Source: a virus. Taken from it: DNA of 64,000 nucleotides. Shown one piece after another: positions 39,101 to 47,823 of the stretch (its first letter is position 1; each line of letters begins with the position of its first letter). The notes below the pieces were generated by a model, which did not search any database, was not told the DNA's origin, and saw only the letters and a program-made list of their open reading frames with translations. A program made the position numbers and the translations under genes. The stretch spans positions 1,047 through 65,046 of the IMG/VR virus record IMGVR_UViG_3300002446_000114; one strand, 5' to 3'.

Positions 39101-39552
39101 ATTTGATTGAGGGTATGGTCGATCGCTCTGAGGGGTACAAGGACATTACGAATCAAATCAAATATGAGTACCGAAAGAATTGGGTAAATAACTCCTACGA
39201 GAAGATTCTGGTATTGAACTCAAGCAACAACGAAGAGTGCGCAAGAGCGACTCTGGTGAGAGGGCAAAAGAAAGAGAAGTCGGTAAAAGCTGACTTCGTT
39301 CGGTCCTCTTATGTGGCTAAGGAAGTTGCGATTCGGTATTCAAAATTATTGTCAGGAAAAAGACGAAAATTGTCTTGCCGCGCAAGGTATGTCGAGGGTA
39401 TAGTCTTTTCACCAGGAGACATTATTCCCGTAACGTATAGCGATTTTAAACTCGACAACACCTTAGCCATTGTAACTAAGGTAACGGTAGGTAGGTTAGC
39501 CATGGACCTTGAGCTTTTTATCTTGGGAGGTTTAGATGATTATCATTCTTGA
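36196..39552 (+). CDS. Tail tip hub / Tal-like protein (1118 aa)
   Basis: C-terminal LIEKICNEFGLMYFISSGKIKI...NQIKYEY...PGDIIPVT...IVTKV is typical of siphovirus hub proteins. Confidence 0.65.
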   Translation: MKHFAIDIRLKQAWFRFATERMALNDPERGCGEDVFLPYLPKIVSVDAVDKEVSLTGSSPIPSIKVSIHDVTRKLVETLSEGFAEEASATVRMIEDGIEIDRVVGFITDDNWKDGVITFTVRSDEDIESADKFKLFSFDSFQHMEMLSPVRVDVGVDIQVNNSTPWRIFKSTLQRSAVAEQVFTLVTGKIVIPYYSYETVATFNTRGKAVLPNVNVIKLTSKTNQFNIVYPATENLNNDWMDGSVADDTYLKEVTTGPLFNNIIKTPSNYAYAIIGNSETGTQEIFAYAFCLKGEFWSIDAGSGSPGFVTAAGGSAEHYFLSGIPTPEYPDPLGIFATEPEEDAFADEFRIKYYHAPGEICAPSNGVDIIYVDAGNLIPRYENDPDLSTGLLWAGRTVTFDNAMSEGSDSSNTIGRTAKAFSRYHIAEIFEDIYDDINDTGIIPYVLKIEIHNRTLSPRHYYAIKFNGFPIYELPAEISPDAKLLVARFDYAMLSMDLPLNNIKEVTYDRLYAKIAAGNVPQQLDNRYRGARVDSVKDLYNLLTTVSSGQADSAVYDPGNIQQINDAVINNATERFAICTRSKFVIVDSELFERLYFPTRGGSLYSYLETEMIAGLAIVRRIGYLADPDIFEDDTVGDNYLTSSPTGASAWTNMMVVAPSAVNLADWSENGFETWEDEAKLFFASQRYRVIRDAVPENSNDLGKMFPIVFGRVHRVPLIQAISRKVMLTDEVTSGDDVYVFASHRTDVKTSVDIKLEWFSDDNSVLENEELFDPSMRREIVESPFPIKKSGHYEVEEIDSVLNLKFVGDISNPYHMITPLRTLDGTSLSAIKLRGDEWDERAGRFDKRYPIRNGLGSTTLYGTFSGYIDEQNRLISHPVDVIATYVKLYGSSSLNEDFIDQDSLALVKSQTPRYTSSIFLNEPIKTSELIEKICNEFGLMYFISSGKIKIILPDMKFANYSKPLSEGLNLIEGMVDRSEGYKDITNQIKYEYRKNWVNNSYEKILVLNSSNNEECARATLVRGQKKEKSVKADFVRSSYVAKEVAIRYSKLLSGKRRKLSCRARYVEGIVFSPGDIIPVTYSDFKLDNTLAIVTKVTVGRLAMDLELFILGGLDDYHS

Positions 39553-39769
39553 GGGCAGGGATCTTCAGGATGTCATCCTTGACTTCATTTCCAGGGAGTT
39601 TCCAGGGAAGCCAATCGACCTTGATGATGAGGGTAACCCCATGATTTTTATCAATCATGCTCAGTACGATCAGCCTCGCATTGAAGTTCATTTGAAAAAG
39701 AAAGATGATAGTCGTCAAGAAAGTGACCATTACCTTGTCGGTTTTGACGACGATGACATTCTTTACTGA
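39536..39769 (+). CDS. Small acidic hypothetical protein
   Basis: 77-aa ORF with GGAGG RBS, overlapping the previous stop. Confidence 0.55.
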   Translation: MIIILEGRDLQDVILDFISREFPGKPIDLDDEGNPMIFINHAQYDQPRIEVHLKKKDDSRQESDHYLVGFDDDDILY

Positions 39770-39787
39770 AGCCACAAAGGAGACGAC

Positions 39788-40174
39788 ATGAAGCCATCTG
39801 GTTTGGATCTTAGAATTTTTTACAGACGATTTGAAACTCTTTTTGAACGATTGACAGGTCAAGATTTCAAGTGGAATTCAGGGGAGAAGGGTAAATATGT
39901 CAATGGATACATTCGTATGTGCGAAGCCATGGGAGTAAGGGATGAGTCTCGCATTGAAGAAATGGTTGATCTTTACATGCAGCTACTGGAGTCACAGTTG
40001 GTTTCGTGGTGGCGATGGCCAAAGGCTACTCGAGTAAACTTGTTCGGATTCATTACTAATCTTGATCAGATTAAGATTTTTGCAGGCAAAAAGAAACAGC
40101 CATTCCTGAAAATGTCGTCGGCTATGGAGACTGGGTCCGTTGGGACAGAAACTCAGGCTGACTGGGATATTTAG
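39788..40174 (+). CDS. Hypothetical protein upstream of the helicase loader
   Basis: 128-aa ORF with RBS AAGGAG. Confidence 0.6.
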   Translation: MKPSGLDLRIFYRRFETLFERLTGQDFKWNSGEKGKYVNGYIRMCEAMGVRDESRIEEMVDLYMQLLESQLVSWWRWPKATRVNLFGFITNLDQIKIFAGKKKQPFLKMSSAMETGSVGTETQADWDI

Positions 40175-40183
40175 TTAGCTTAA
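40170..40183. promoter_or_regulatory. 14-bp motif copy TTTAGTTAGCTTAA, upstream of the DnaC-like gene
   Basis: Exact match; overlaps the upstream stop codon. Confidence 0.8.
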
Positions 40184-40206
40184 GCATTAACGTATTAGGG
40201 GTAAAG

Positions 40207-40953
40207 ATGCTTTTTAGTAAAGAGCCACCTGTTCTCGAGGAGATGTTTCTCCGATTACAATCACTGAAATCCCAATTTACCTCTCGTAGAGAATACGAGG
40301 CAGCTGTTCGTCTCATCTGGTCTGGCATTCCAGAGCAGGTTGCTAGGGAAAGGGTCAGTGGTAGCGAGATTCGTGATAAGGATGTCTACGAATTTGACCC
40401 AATCAGCTTGAACGTGCTGAGGGCTAAGCCAATAAAGATCTGGGAGAGCGTCCTCTCAGTAGCTGAGGAACATATTGAAAAAGTTCTTGCTAGGAGCTAC
40501 AGCTTTTTGTTCTACGGAGCCAATGGCTCTGGAAAAACTCATTCGGCCATTCAGTTTCTTTGCACAGCGATTGAGAGCGGCTACTCTGGGTATTACATTT
40601 CACTAAGGGATCTCTATCTCTTGTTTAATGAAGTTAGCTTTAAAGAGCATTCTCAGACGCAAGCAGATCTGCTCGCATTCATCTCGACAGTGGATGTCTT
40701 GGTATTGGATGAGGTAGGAAAAGAGACATTGTCTGGACCGGTGATTTCTTACGTTGAAGATCTTTTGAAAACTAGATCAACTAAGCCATGTAGCACCATC
40801 ATCTGTTCAAACATTCAAGTCCACAAGAAAGAGTTTTTGACGCGATACGGTAACTCGGTTTGGGACATCATTAGAGGTAATTATTTTGTTTATCATTTCT
40901 CTGCCGATGGTGATTTTCGTAAACAGTTTCGTAAGACTTTGGATCTGTCATGA
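40207..40953 (+). CDS. DnaC/IstB-like AAA+ ATPase (helicase loader)
   Basis: Walker A GANGSGKT, Walker B VLVLDEVG, IICSN sensor; adjacent to the DnaB-like gene. Confidence 0.85.
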   Translation: MLFSKEPPVLEEMFLRLQSLKSQFTSRREYEAAVRLIWSGIPEQVARERVSGSEIRDKDVYEFDPISLNVLRAKPIKIWESVLSVAEEHIEKVLARSYSFLFYGANGSGKTHSAIQFLCTAIESGYSGYYISLRDLYLLFNEVSFKEHSQTQADLLAFISTVDVLVLDEVGKETLSGPVISYVEDLLKTRSTKPCSTIICSNIQVHKKEFLTRYGNSVWDIIRGNYFVYHFSADGDFRKQFRKTLDLS

Positions 40954-42395
40954 CTCACAAAATTAAAGACTTTGAGAAGGGACTCATCGCAGCATGTCTC
41001 CAGGATCGTAAGATCCTCGATAGAGCTGTAATGGCGAGGGTCAAACCACAGCACTTCAAGGACCGTGATTGTAAGATCATATTCGATGTGATTACTAATC
41101 TAGCCAAAGAAGGATCTGAAGTTAACTTCAAAACTGTTTCGATGACAGTTAGTCTAAGAACAGATATTGAAGATCGTCACAAAGATGTTATCAAGTCGAA
41201 GGTAAAATCTTACTCAACAGACGAAGTAGATATAGCTGAGTTCTCGATCAAAACAATGATTGAGAAGCGAAGAGTCACTGACATTACGTCGGCCATTGGT
41301 GAGATTGTTGATCGCATCCATGATGGATCCGCGTCAGCCGATGAGCTGGAGAACGAGCTTTCGTTTCTAATCAAGTCTCTTTCGGCCAAGGGAGAGAGCA
41401 TCGACCTTAGTGAGTACAACACCCTGGAGGCATGGCAGTCTCGTGTCGCTGAAAGGCAGCTGATACAGCAGGCCATTACTGATGGTGGATCAGGCTACTT
41501 TCGTTTAGCGGGCTACCTCAATGTGTTTGAGGACTACTTCCCGATGGGCTTTCCTCCCCAAACAATCACTACAGTCGGCGGGATGACAAACGTAGGCAAG
41601 TCTCACATGATGAATGCATTTGCCTACATGTCAATTATGCCAGAGAACGCATGTAATACTTTGTACATTATCTCTGAGAATAGAAGGATCGAGACCGAGT
41701 CTCGTTTGGACTCTATCATGTCTGGTCAGTCAGCTGATGTGATTGCCAGGGGTGAGCCATCTGTCGTCCATGAAAAACTGTTTAAGCGTCAGAGGAAAAA
41801 GGGGTGGGGCCGACTTTTCACCTGCAAGGTTACAGTTGGTAAGTTTGATAAGTCTACAATCGAAGCCGCCATCGATTTTATCCAAGAGCATTACAGTGCC
41901 AAGATCAATGTTTTGGTAATCGATTCCCCAGATCACATGGCTCCTGTTAATGTTAGCGCCAAGGCAGTTAGCTGGGAGAAGAAGGCTGCTGTCTACAATG
42001 ATATCAAGTCACTAGCTGACGAGTATAACCTTCCAGTCATCACATCTGTACCTATGCAAGCAGCTACAGAAGGTAAGGCAGATGTTTCCTCGGCCAATGT
42101 CGCTGGATCTTATGACATTTCAAAGCTAGTCGATAACATGATCATGTTCTTACATTCTCCACAGGATGATCTCCTTAACAGAAGGCGACTTAAGGTAACT
42201 AAACTCCGTGGCGCTGTTATGGATGGTAAGATAATTGCATTGAGACTCAAGCCAGATTTGACCTACACTGTCTGGAGAGAACTCGACGAAACAACTGATG
42301 AGCAAATAGATGAAGAGCCAGTTACAAACTTTATCTCCAAGTATACGAGAGCAGGTTTTTCAGTCACGCGTGGCGATGATGAAGACGAATATTAG
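40950..42395 (+). CDS. dnaB: Replicative DNA helicase, DnaB family
   Basis: GGMTNVGKS, YIISE, VLVIDSPDHM, AGSYDISKLVDN, VTKLRG; N-terminal DnaB-like domain. Confidence 0.9.
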   Translation: MTHKIKDFEKGLIAACLQDRKILDRAVMARVKPQHFKDRDCKIIFDVITNLAKEGSEVNFKTVSMTVSLRTDIEDRHKDVIKSKVKSYSTDEVDIAEFSIKTMIEKRRVTDITSAIGEIVDRIHDGSASADELENELSFLIKSLSAKGESIDLSEYNTLEAWQSRVAERQLIQQAITDGGSGYFRLAGYLNVFEDYFPMGFPPQTITTVGGMTNVGKSHMMNAFAYMSIMPENACNTLYIISENRRIETESRLDSIMSGQSADVIARGEPSVVHEKLFKRQRKKGWGRLFTCKVTVGKFDKSTIEAAIDFIQEHYSAKINVLVIDSPDHMAPVNVSAKAVSWEKKAAVYNDIKSLADEYNLPVITSVPMQAATEGKADVSSANVAGSYDISKLVDNMIMFLHSPQDDLLNRRRLKVTKLRGAVMDGKIIALRLKPDLTYTVWRELDETTDEQIDEEPVTNFISKYTRAGFSVTRGDDEDEY

Positions 42396-42714
42396 AAGGA
42401 TGCTTCGTGACATTCTTAAATCTCAGAGTCGATCTAATAATGATATCTTGAACATGCAAATTGGTACGACCCTTTATTTGTTGGAGATCTATGACTTCGA
42501 TCTCTTCATGGATAGAGCTCATACAATTTTGATTCATGATATTGATTTTCTCCCATATCCTTTTTCAGTATGTTCGGAAGACGACGACGGTAATTTGTTC
42601 ATTGGTCACATAGAGGTAAATAGTGCTGACAAGGAATTACAAGAGAAACTTAGAGAAGTTCGTCGAGAAGTATTGGCCGGGGGCTATTCGGAAGGAGGCT
42701 CATGGTGGATCTGA
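42376..42714 (+). CDS. Hypothetical protein (start refined from 42310)
   Basis: ORF bridging the helicase and primase genes and overlapping both. Confidence 0.5.
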   Translation: MMKTNIRRMLRDILKSQSRSNNDILNMQIGTTLYLLEIYDFDLFMDRAHTILIHDIDFLPYPFSVCSEDDDGNLFIGHIEVNSADKELQEKLREVRREVLAGGYSEGGSWWI

Positions 42715-43675
42715 GTTTCGCTTTCTTTGTCCATTCTGCCATGGAGGTAGAAGTAAGGAGCTTTCTTTTGACCTGAATGTGAAGAAGGGGACCGCACAAT
42801 GCTGGCGGGCTAAGTGTGGATGGAGAGGTACGTCTAACTGGTTCCTCTCTCAGTTCTTAAACATATCGCCTAAAGAAGCATATGACCTGCTATCTGGCGA
42901 GATTGAGATCTCAGTTGATACTCTGATCGGAGAGATTGAAGAGCTTAAACTCTCACTAGCCAGGCGCTTTGATCTGCCTACAGAAAACGAGTTCAAGTCA
43001 TTAGATGGGTTCTGGCGCTCGTGTGAGTTTTTGTCCGAATCTGATATCGAAGATGAGGTTTTTGATTGGATTGAAAATGTAAGAAAGTACGACACCGAAG
43101 AGTTCTTTCAGTGCCATACTTTGCTGAAGCCACCTCCTCTTGATGATTGGGAAGGCTATGTTGTCTTTGAAGTTGAGACCAATGACATGATAGCGTATCA
43201 GCTTTACGCCTTTCGACCAGGGGTAATGCCGAAGACACGAAACCCAAAGGGTGATGTGCTTCATTTGTTCCTGTACAATTACAACAGCGTGAAGTTCGGG
43301 GAGTTCCCTGTGTTTGTATGCGAAGGCATCTTCGACGCAGCTAGACTAATTTCATGGGGCTACCAAGCGGTATGTACCTTTGGAACAAATATGTCTGAAT
43401 ACCAGGCATATTTACTTTCAAGAATTCAGTCATCAGAGATTGTATTGTGCTATGACAATGGGGCCGAGGACAAGGCGAAGACAGCAATCAAGCTACTTAA
43501 CCAACATTGTTATGAAAAGGAATTGACGCGGATGTTCTTAGACATTGAAGACATCGACCCTGACAAGCTGACGGAAGATCAGTTTTTGAATTTTTACAAT
43601 AAGCGAACTCGCTACGTGAAGGAGATTGATAAGATGAAACGTAAACTTCTTTCGGCTAAGAACAAATGGAATTAG
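42623..43675 (+). CDS. dnaG: DNA primase (Zn-finger plus TOPRIM)
   Basis: CPFC...CWRAKC zinc-binding domain; TOPRIM motifs FVCEGIFDA and LCYDNG. Confidence 0.9.
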   Translation: MLTRNYKRNLEKFVEKYWPGAIRKEAHGGSEFRFLCPFCHGGRSKELSFDLNVKKGTAQCWRAKCGWRGTSNWFLSQFLNISPKEAYDLLSGEIEISVDTLIGEIEELKLSLARRFDLPTENEFKSLDGFWRSCEFLSESDIEDEVFDWIENVRKYDTEEFFQCHTLLKPPPLDDWEGYVVFEVETNDMIAYQLYAFRPGVMPKTRNPKGDVLHLFLYNYNSVKFGEFPVFVCEGIFDAARLISWGYQAVCTFGTNMSEYQAYLLSRIQSSEIVLCYDNGAEDKAKTAIKLLNQHCYEKELTRMFLDIEDIDPDKLTEDQFLNFYNKRTRYVKEIDKMKRKLLSAKNKWN

Positions 43676-43833
43676 AAACGTGTGAACCAATTGACGGGTT
43701 TTATCAGAAGGGCCATCCAGAGTGTTTGAAGTGTCACTATCTAGCTCAGGCAATGTGTAAGTTAATGGCGCAAATGGCTGGTGGCAGTATTGAAGATATC
43801 GAGGGACTTTTAGTGGAGGAAAGCAATGAGTGA
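43666..43833 (+). CDS. 55-aa Cys/His-rich ORF not in the supplied ORF track
   Basis: Hand translation: MELETCEPIDGFYQKGHPECLKCHYLAQAMCKLMAQMAGGSIEDIEGLLVEESNE. Exactly fills the primase-polymerase gap and overlaps both genes. Confidence 0.6.
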   Translation: MELETCEPIDGFYQKGHPECLKCHYLAQAMCKLMAQMAGGSIEDIEGLLVEESNE

Positions 43834-46800
43834 AATTACCGTATCTCTTCAGAATTATACTACTTACTCTGTCTACAGTGGATATGGCAGCCCAGCTCAG
43901 TGGGCAGCATCAGCGGCTGCATCGGGGCTGAAGGCTCTTGCTATTACTGACAAGCAGAACCTGATTGGGGCAATTGAGTTTCAAAAAGAATGTCAGAAGG
44001 TTGGTGTCAAACCGATTCTAGGCGAGGAGTTTATTCTTGTTGGTAGTATTAAGGAACAGGACACTTCATCGGGAGTGATTTTGTTGTATGCCAAGGATGA
44101 AGTTGGTTGGAATAATTTAGTTATCTTAAATAATATTTCAAACCGAAGAACTCAGGGTGGTCTCAATAATAAGGCAGGCTTTTATTTTCGTCCGAGAATT
44201 GACCTGGAGACATTGCGCGAGTTCTCTGAGGGGCTGGTATGTGTTGCGCCACCAGAGCAATCAATCGGCGCTATGTTTGTCGGGGGTAAGGCTGGCAAGT
44301 GGGAGTGGGATCCATCGAGTGAGAGTGTCTTTAAGAAACTTCATCAGATTTTTGGAGACGATTTCTATGTAGGGATCAATCCAAGATTACACGGCAGCGG
44401 TAGCTTCTTTGAGATGATCAATGACATGCATCGTCAACTAAGGATGAAGAAGGTTTACACCTTTAACTGTCATTCATTTTCATCTGACTTCAATTACCTG
44501 TATCCAGTTCTCAGGAAGCTATCTGGAAAGAACTCTACGTCAGCCGATAGAGAGGTTTATCAAGCACACCTCCCATCTCCAGACGAAAAGCTGAAGGTGC
44601 CAAGAGCATCTCATGAGCAGATGGTTGCTCACATGGAAGAGATTGTTGAGAAGTGTAATTTTACAATTAAGACAGGCATTTATCAGATGCCGCCTATTTT
44701 TCTCAGGAAAGGAAACTCAACTCTCGAAGAAGAAATTATTCAAATGATCGGTGAAGGTTTCAAGACTAAGCTATGTCCGTCGGCTAAATTCAAGAAGCTA
44801 ACTGACTTCGATCAGCTGGAGCCATACGCAGATGAGTATCCGTATGAGCACCTGGCTCGAGGTGAGTCTCCTGAGATACTGAAACCGTTAAGTGTTTACA
44901 TCAATCAGATACGGTATGAGTTCAAAGTCATCAAGGAGCTTGGCTTCCTTGACTACTTCCATACTGTCAAAGCGTTCTGTGATTTTGTTGATAGCATAGG
45001 TAAGCACAATAGGGGCCTTGCGCGCGGGTCAGCAGCGGGCGCTCTGTTTTCTTATTTGCTTCACATTGTTCGAATAGATCCGGTGCGTCATGATTTGTTC
45101 TTCGAGCGCTTTCTCAATCCTGATCGCCAAGAGATTCCTGATATTGACTTGGACTTTTCAACAGTGGCCCGAGACGCCCTTAAGGTTTTCATCGCGGAAA
45201 GATATGGCGAGGACTCTCTTGTTCTTATCGGCACCACAAAGCGACTTAAGGTTATCTCTGCAATCAAGACACTTGCCAGGATCTATGGAAACGGAGTCCC
45301 AGACAACAGTGGCAATATAGTTACATACAATGACTGGACGCTTCGTAGTATTATTTCGAACAAGCACGTCAATCAGACTAAGCGAGGGCGAGATGAGTTG
45401 AACGAATACATTGAGGAGTATGAGGATTTCAGGGCTTTCTATCATCTTCATCGTGATTGGATTGAGAAGTTTGTGATGCCATTGCAAGAGGCGGTAGATG
45501 GTTTTTCGATTCACGCATCTGGATCTCTAGTTCTGCCAGCACATGTCGACGAGTGCTTACCGATCAGAGAAGACGGTCGAGGTAATGTCATTACTCACTT
45601 TAACCACAAGGACTGTGAGTCAGCTGGCTTTCCAAAGTTTGATCTTCTTGTGGTCGATGTCTTTGATATCATCAACTACACATCCAAGCTGGTAAAGAAA
45701 AGGCATGGAGTTGACGTCCCTGAGTGGGAAGATATCCCTATTGACGACAAGGCAACTCTTCAGGTTTACAACACTGATCCAGAAGGCTTGTTTCAGTTCA
45801 AGACTTCGAGCTTCAGGAAGCTCTTGAAGACGATGAAGATAAGGCAGTTCGAAGACACCGTTGCTCTGGTGGCTCTTAATCGACCTGGGCCAATTGCGGC
45901 AGGCGCGCCAGAGGAGTTTGCGAATATTAGAAATGGAAAGGCGCAGCCTCAGTACTTGTTAGAAGCATTGGAGCCTATTTTGCGGGAGACAGTTGGTCTG
46001 ATTGTTTACCAGGAGCAGATGATGAGAACGGCAGTGGCCCTCTCTGGCTTCGATGGTAAGGAAGCTGATCACTTGCGCAAGGCAACTGGTAAGAAGTTGC
46101 CGCAGGAGATGGCCAAGTGGGAAGATCGTTTTGTTCAGGGCGGCGTTGCCAATGGACATGATGAGCAGACGATGCTCCAGCTATGGTTTCAAATAGTTGG
46201 CTTTGCCGAGTACAGTTTCAATAAGGCACATGCTGTCTCCTACGCAGGTAACGCATGGTATCAGGCGTATATCAAAGCCAGGTATCCTCTCGAATTCTAT
46301 TGTGGTGTACTGAACTCGGCCAAGACAGACGGTAAAGATAACTCAGTGACATCTATCAAAAAGAAGGCTGAGTCTCAGGGTATCGAGTTTGTCTTACCAG
46401 CGATGGAAGCGTTTGCCACTGACTTTGAACCGTTTGGCGACAATAAGATTTTCTGGCCGATGTGGGCCCTTAAGGGCATTGGAGAGAAGGCTCTTGATAA
46501 CTTAAGATCTCTGCACGTAAATAGCTTTGGGTCCATCGAAGAGATGGTGGATTCACTGGACAGTAAGGTGTGGACTAAGAAGGTTTTTGAGACACTCATC
46601 AAGGCTGACTTTTTCAGATCACTTGGTCGGCCATGGGAAGTCATGGCAATGTATTTTGAAGTGCGCTCCAGAAAAATGAAAAAAAAGGTTGTCGAAGACA
46701 TCCCTTTCGAGTACTGTCACCAGAACAATTTCAAGTGGATACTGGCTAAGAACGAAGCCTATGACACTCAAGTTGAGTCATGGAAAAAGTTAGCTCCATT

Positions 46801-47143
46801 TGATGACAACGTGCGTACTTATAAAAGTACCTCGTTGAAGAAAGTATCAGACGGTGAGTATGTTTTTATAGGAGGTCGAGTCACTTCCCTGTATTCTCGT
46901 CAGACGGTCAAAGGAGATTGGTACGCGAGAATGATTGTTGAAGACATTGATGAAAGATACGCTGTCATGCTTTGGAGTGGCTTTTGGGATCGAGAGATCC
47001 TGGACAAAGAAGGTCGTCGCCCGATGGTGGGTGACATTGTTCAGGTTGTTGGCAAGAAGACCACCTTTAAAGACATGATTCAAATAGGTCTTGATGACGA
47101 AGAAGATGACGTTGGTATCGTATGGAGATTGGAAGAATGGTAA
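43826..47143 (+). CDS. dnaE: DNA polymerase III alpha subunit
   Basis: RGLARGSAAGAL, LFFERFLNPDR, catalytic PDIDLDF, KFDLL, GLIVYQEQ, YSFNKAHA, C-terminal OB fold; N-terminal PHP domain. Confidence 0.97.
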   Translation: MSEITVSLQNYTTYSVYSGYGSPAQWAASAAASGLKALAITDKQNLIGAIEFQKECQKVGVKPILGEEFILVGSIKEQDTSSGVILLYAKDEVGWNNLVILNNISNRRTQGGLNNKAGFYFRPRIDLETLREFSEGLVCVAPPEQSIGAMFVGGKAGKWEWDPSSESVFKKLHQIFGDDFYVGINPRLHGSGSFFEMINDMHRQLRMKKVYTFNCHSFSSDFNYLYPVLRKLSGKNSTSADREVYQAHLPSPDEKLKVPRASHEQMVAHMEEIVEKCNFTIKTGIYQMPPIFLRKGNSTLEEEIIQMIGEGFKTKLCPSAKFKKLTDFDQLEPYADEYPYEHLARGESPEILKPLSVYINQIRYEFKVIKELGFLDYFHTVKAFCDFVDSIGKHNRGLARGSAAGALFSYLLHIVRIDPVRHDLFFERFLNPDRQEIPDIDLDFSTVARDALKVFIAERYGEDSLVLIGTTKRLKVISAIKTLARIYGNGVPDNSGNIVTYNDWTLRSIISNKHVNQTKRGRDELNEYIEEYEDFRAFYHLHRDWIEKFVMPLQEAVDGFSIHASGSLVLPAHVDECLPIREDGRGNVITHFNHKDCESAGFPKFDLLVVDVFDIINYTSKLVKKRHGVDVPEWEDIPIDDKATLQVYNTDPEGLFQFKTSSFRKLLKTMKIRQFEDTVALVALNRPGPIAAGAPEEFANIRNGKAQPQYLLEALEPILRETVGLIVYQEQMMRTAVALSGFDGKEADHLRKATGKKLPQEMAKWEDRFVQGGVANGHDEQTMLQLWFQIVGFAEYSFNKAHAVSYAGNAWYQAYIKARYPLEFYCGVLNSAKTDGKDNSVTSIKKKAESQGIEFVLPAMEAFATDFEPFGDNKIFWPMWALKGIGEKALDNLRSLHVNSFGSIEEMVDSLDSKVWTKKVFETLIKADFFRSLGRPWEVMAMYFEVRSRKMKKKVVEDIPFEYCHQNNFKWILAKNEAYDTQVESWKKLAPFDDNVRTYKSTSLKKVSDGEYVFIGGRVTSLYSRQTVKGDWYARMIVEDIDERYAVMLWSGFWDREILDKEGRRPMVGDIVQVVGKKTTFKDMIQIGLDDEEDDVGIVWRLEEW

Positions 47144-47760
47144 AGAAGAAAAGTATCGTAGAAACTATTGAAGCTGCCTTGCATCCTGACATTGACACGC
47201 TTGAAGACGCACCTCCCCTGATGATAGATCTTGGTGAGGTACTGAGTCTTGTGAATCACCTGTCAACAGATCCCATGACAGTGAGCTCCCTACTGTTGAA
47301 GTATCAGGCCATGTTCAAGATCCTTGAAGCTCATCTCCAGGGGTGTGTTGAGGATCTCTACAACGTCAGGCGTGAATTTGCCGACACCTATGTTGATCTG
47401 TTTAGTAGTAATGATCCTTCGAATCCTTACTTCAACAAGAAGAAACTGACCGATCAGACTATCAAATCAGCGGTAGGATCGATGCCAGTCTTTAAAGAGA
47501 TTACTCGTAATCTTGTTCGGCATCAGAAGCAGTTGATGAAAGTCAGGGCCATTAGAGAGAGTTTGGACTCCACCGTTTTTATGGTGAGAACCTTAGTTGC
47601 GAAATCGCAGATCTCATTCTCAGGTGAGGTACTTGAAGCGGATGATGTTTCAGAGCAGTTGGCTGCCCTGGAAGATCTTATCAATAAGATCTCTCCAGAA
47701 GAATTTACCCGCTATTATCGGCAGCGACATATGGCGGAAGATCCAGAACATGATTTTTAA
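47122..47760 (+). CDS. Helical hypothetical protein, possibly a UvsY-like recombination mediator
   Basis: Coiled-coil character with KKLTDQTIKSAV; next to SSB-like and RecA genes. Confidence 0.4.
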   Translation: MEIGRMVKKKSIVETIEAALHPDIDTLEDAPPLMIDLGEVLSLVNHLSTDPMTVSSLLLKYQAMFKILEAHLQGCVEDLYNVRREFADTYVDLFSSNDPSNPYFNKKKLTDQTIKSAVGSMPVFKEITRNLVRHQKQLMKVRAIRESLDSTVFMVRTLVAKSQISFSGEVLEADDVSEQLAALEDLINKISPEEFTRYYRQRHMAEDPEHDF

Positions 47761-47770
47761 GTTAGCTTAA
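47757..47770. promoter_or_regulatory. 14-bp motif copy TTAAGTTAGCTTAA, upstream of the SSB-like gene
   Basis: Exact match; overlaps the upstream stop codon. Confidence 0.8.
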
Positions 47771-47823
47771 CCTGTACCGTCAGTTCAAAACGGGATTGGA
47801 AACAATGGGCTCAACTGGTTTCA

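Noticed and set aside
21845-41130. Two-mismatch motif-like sites at 21845, 40629 and 41117
   Set aside because: Too degenerate to distinguish from background without a PWM, so not counted among the 26.
47780-47800. GGGATTGGAAAC resembling a CRISPR repeat end
   Set aside because: Single occurrence with no repeat-spacer periodicity.
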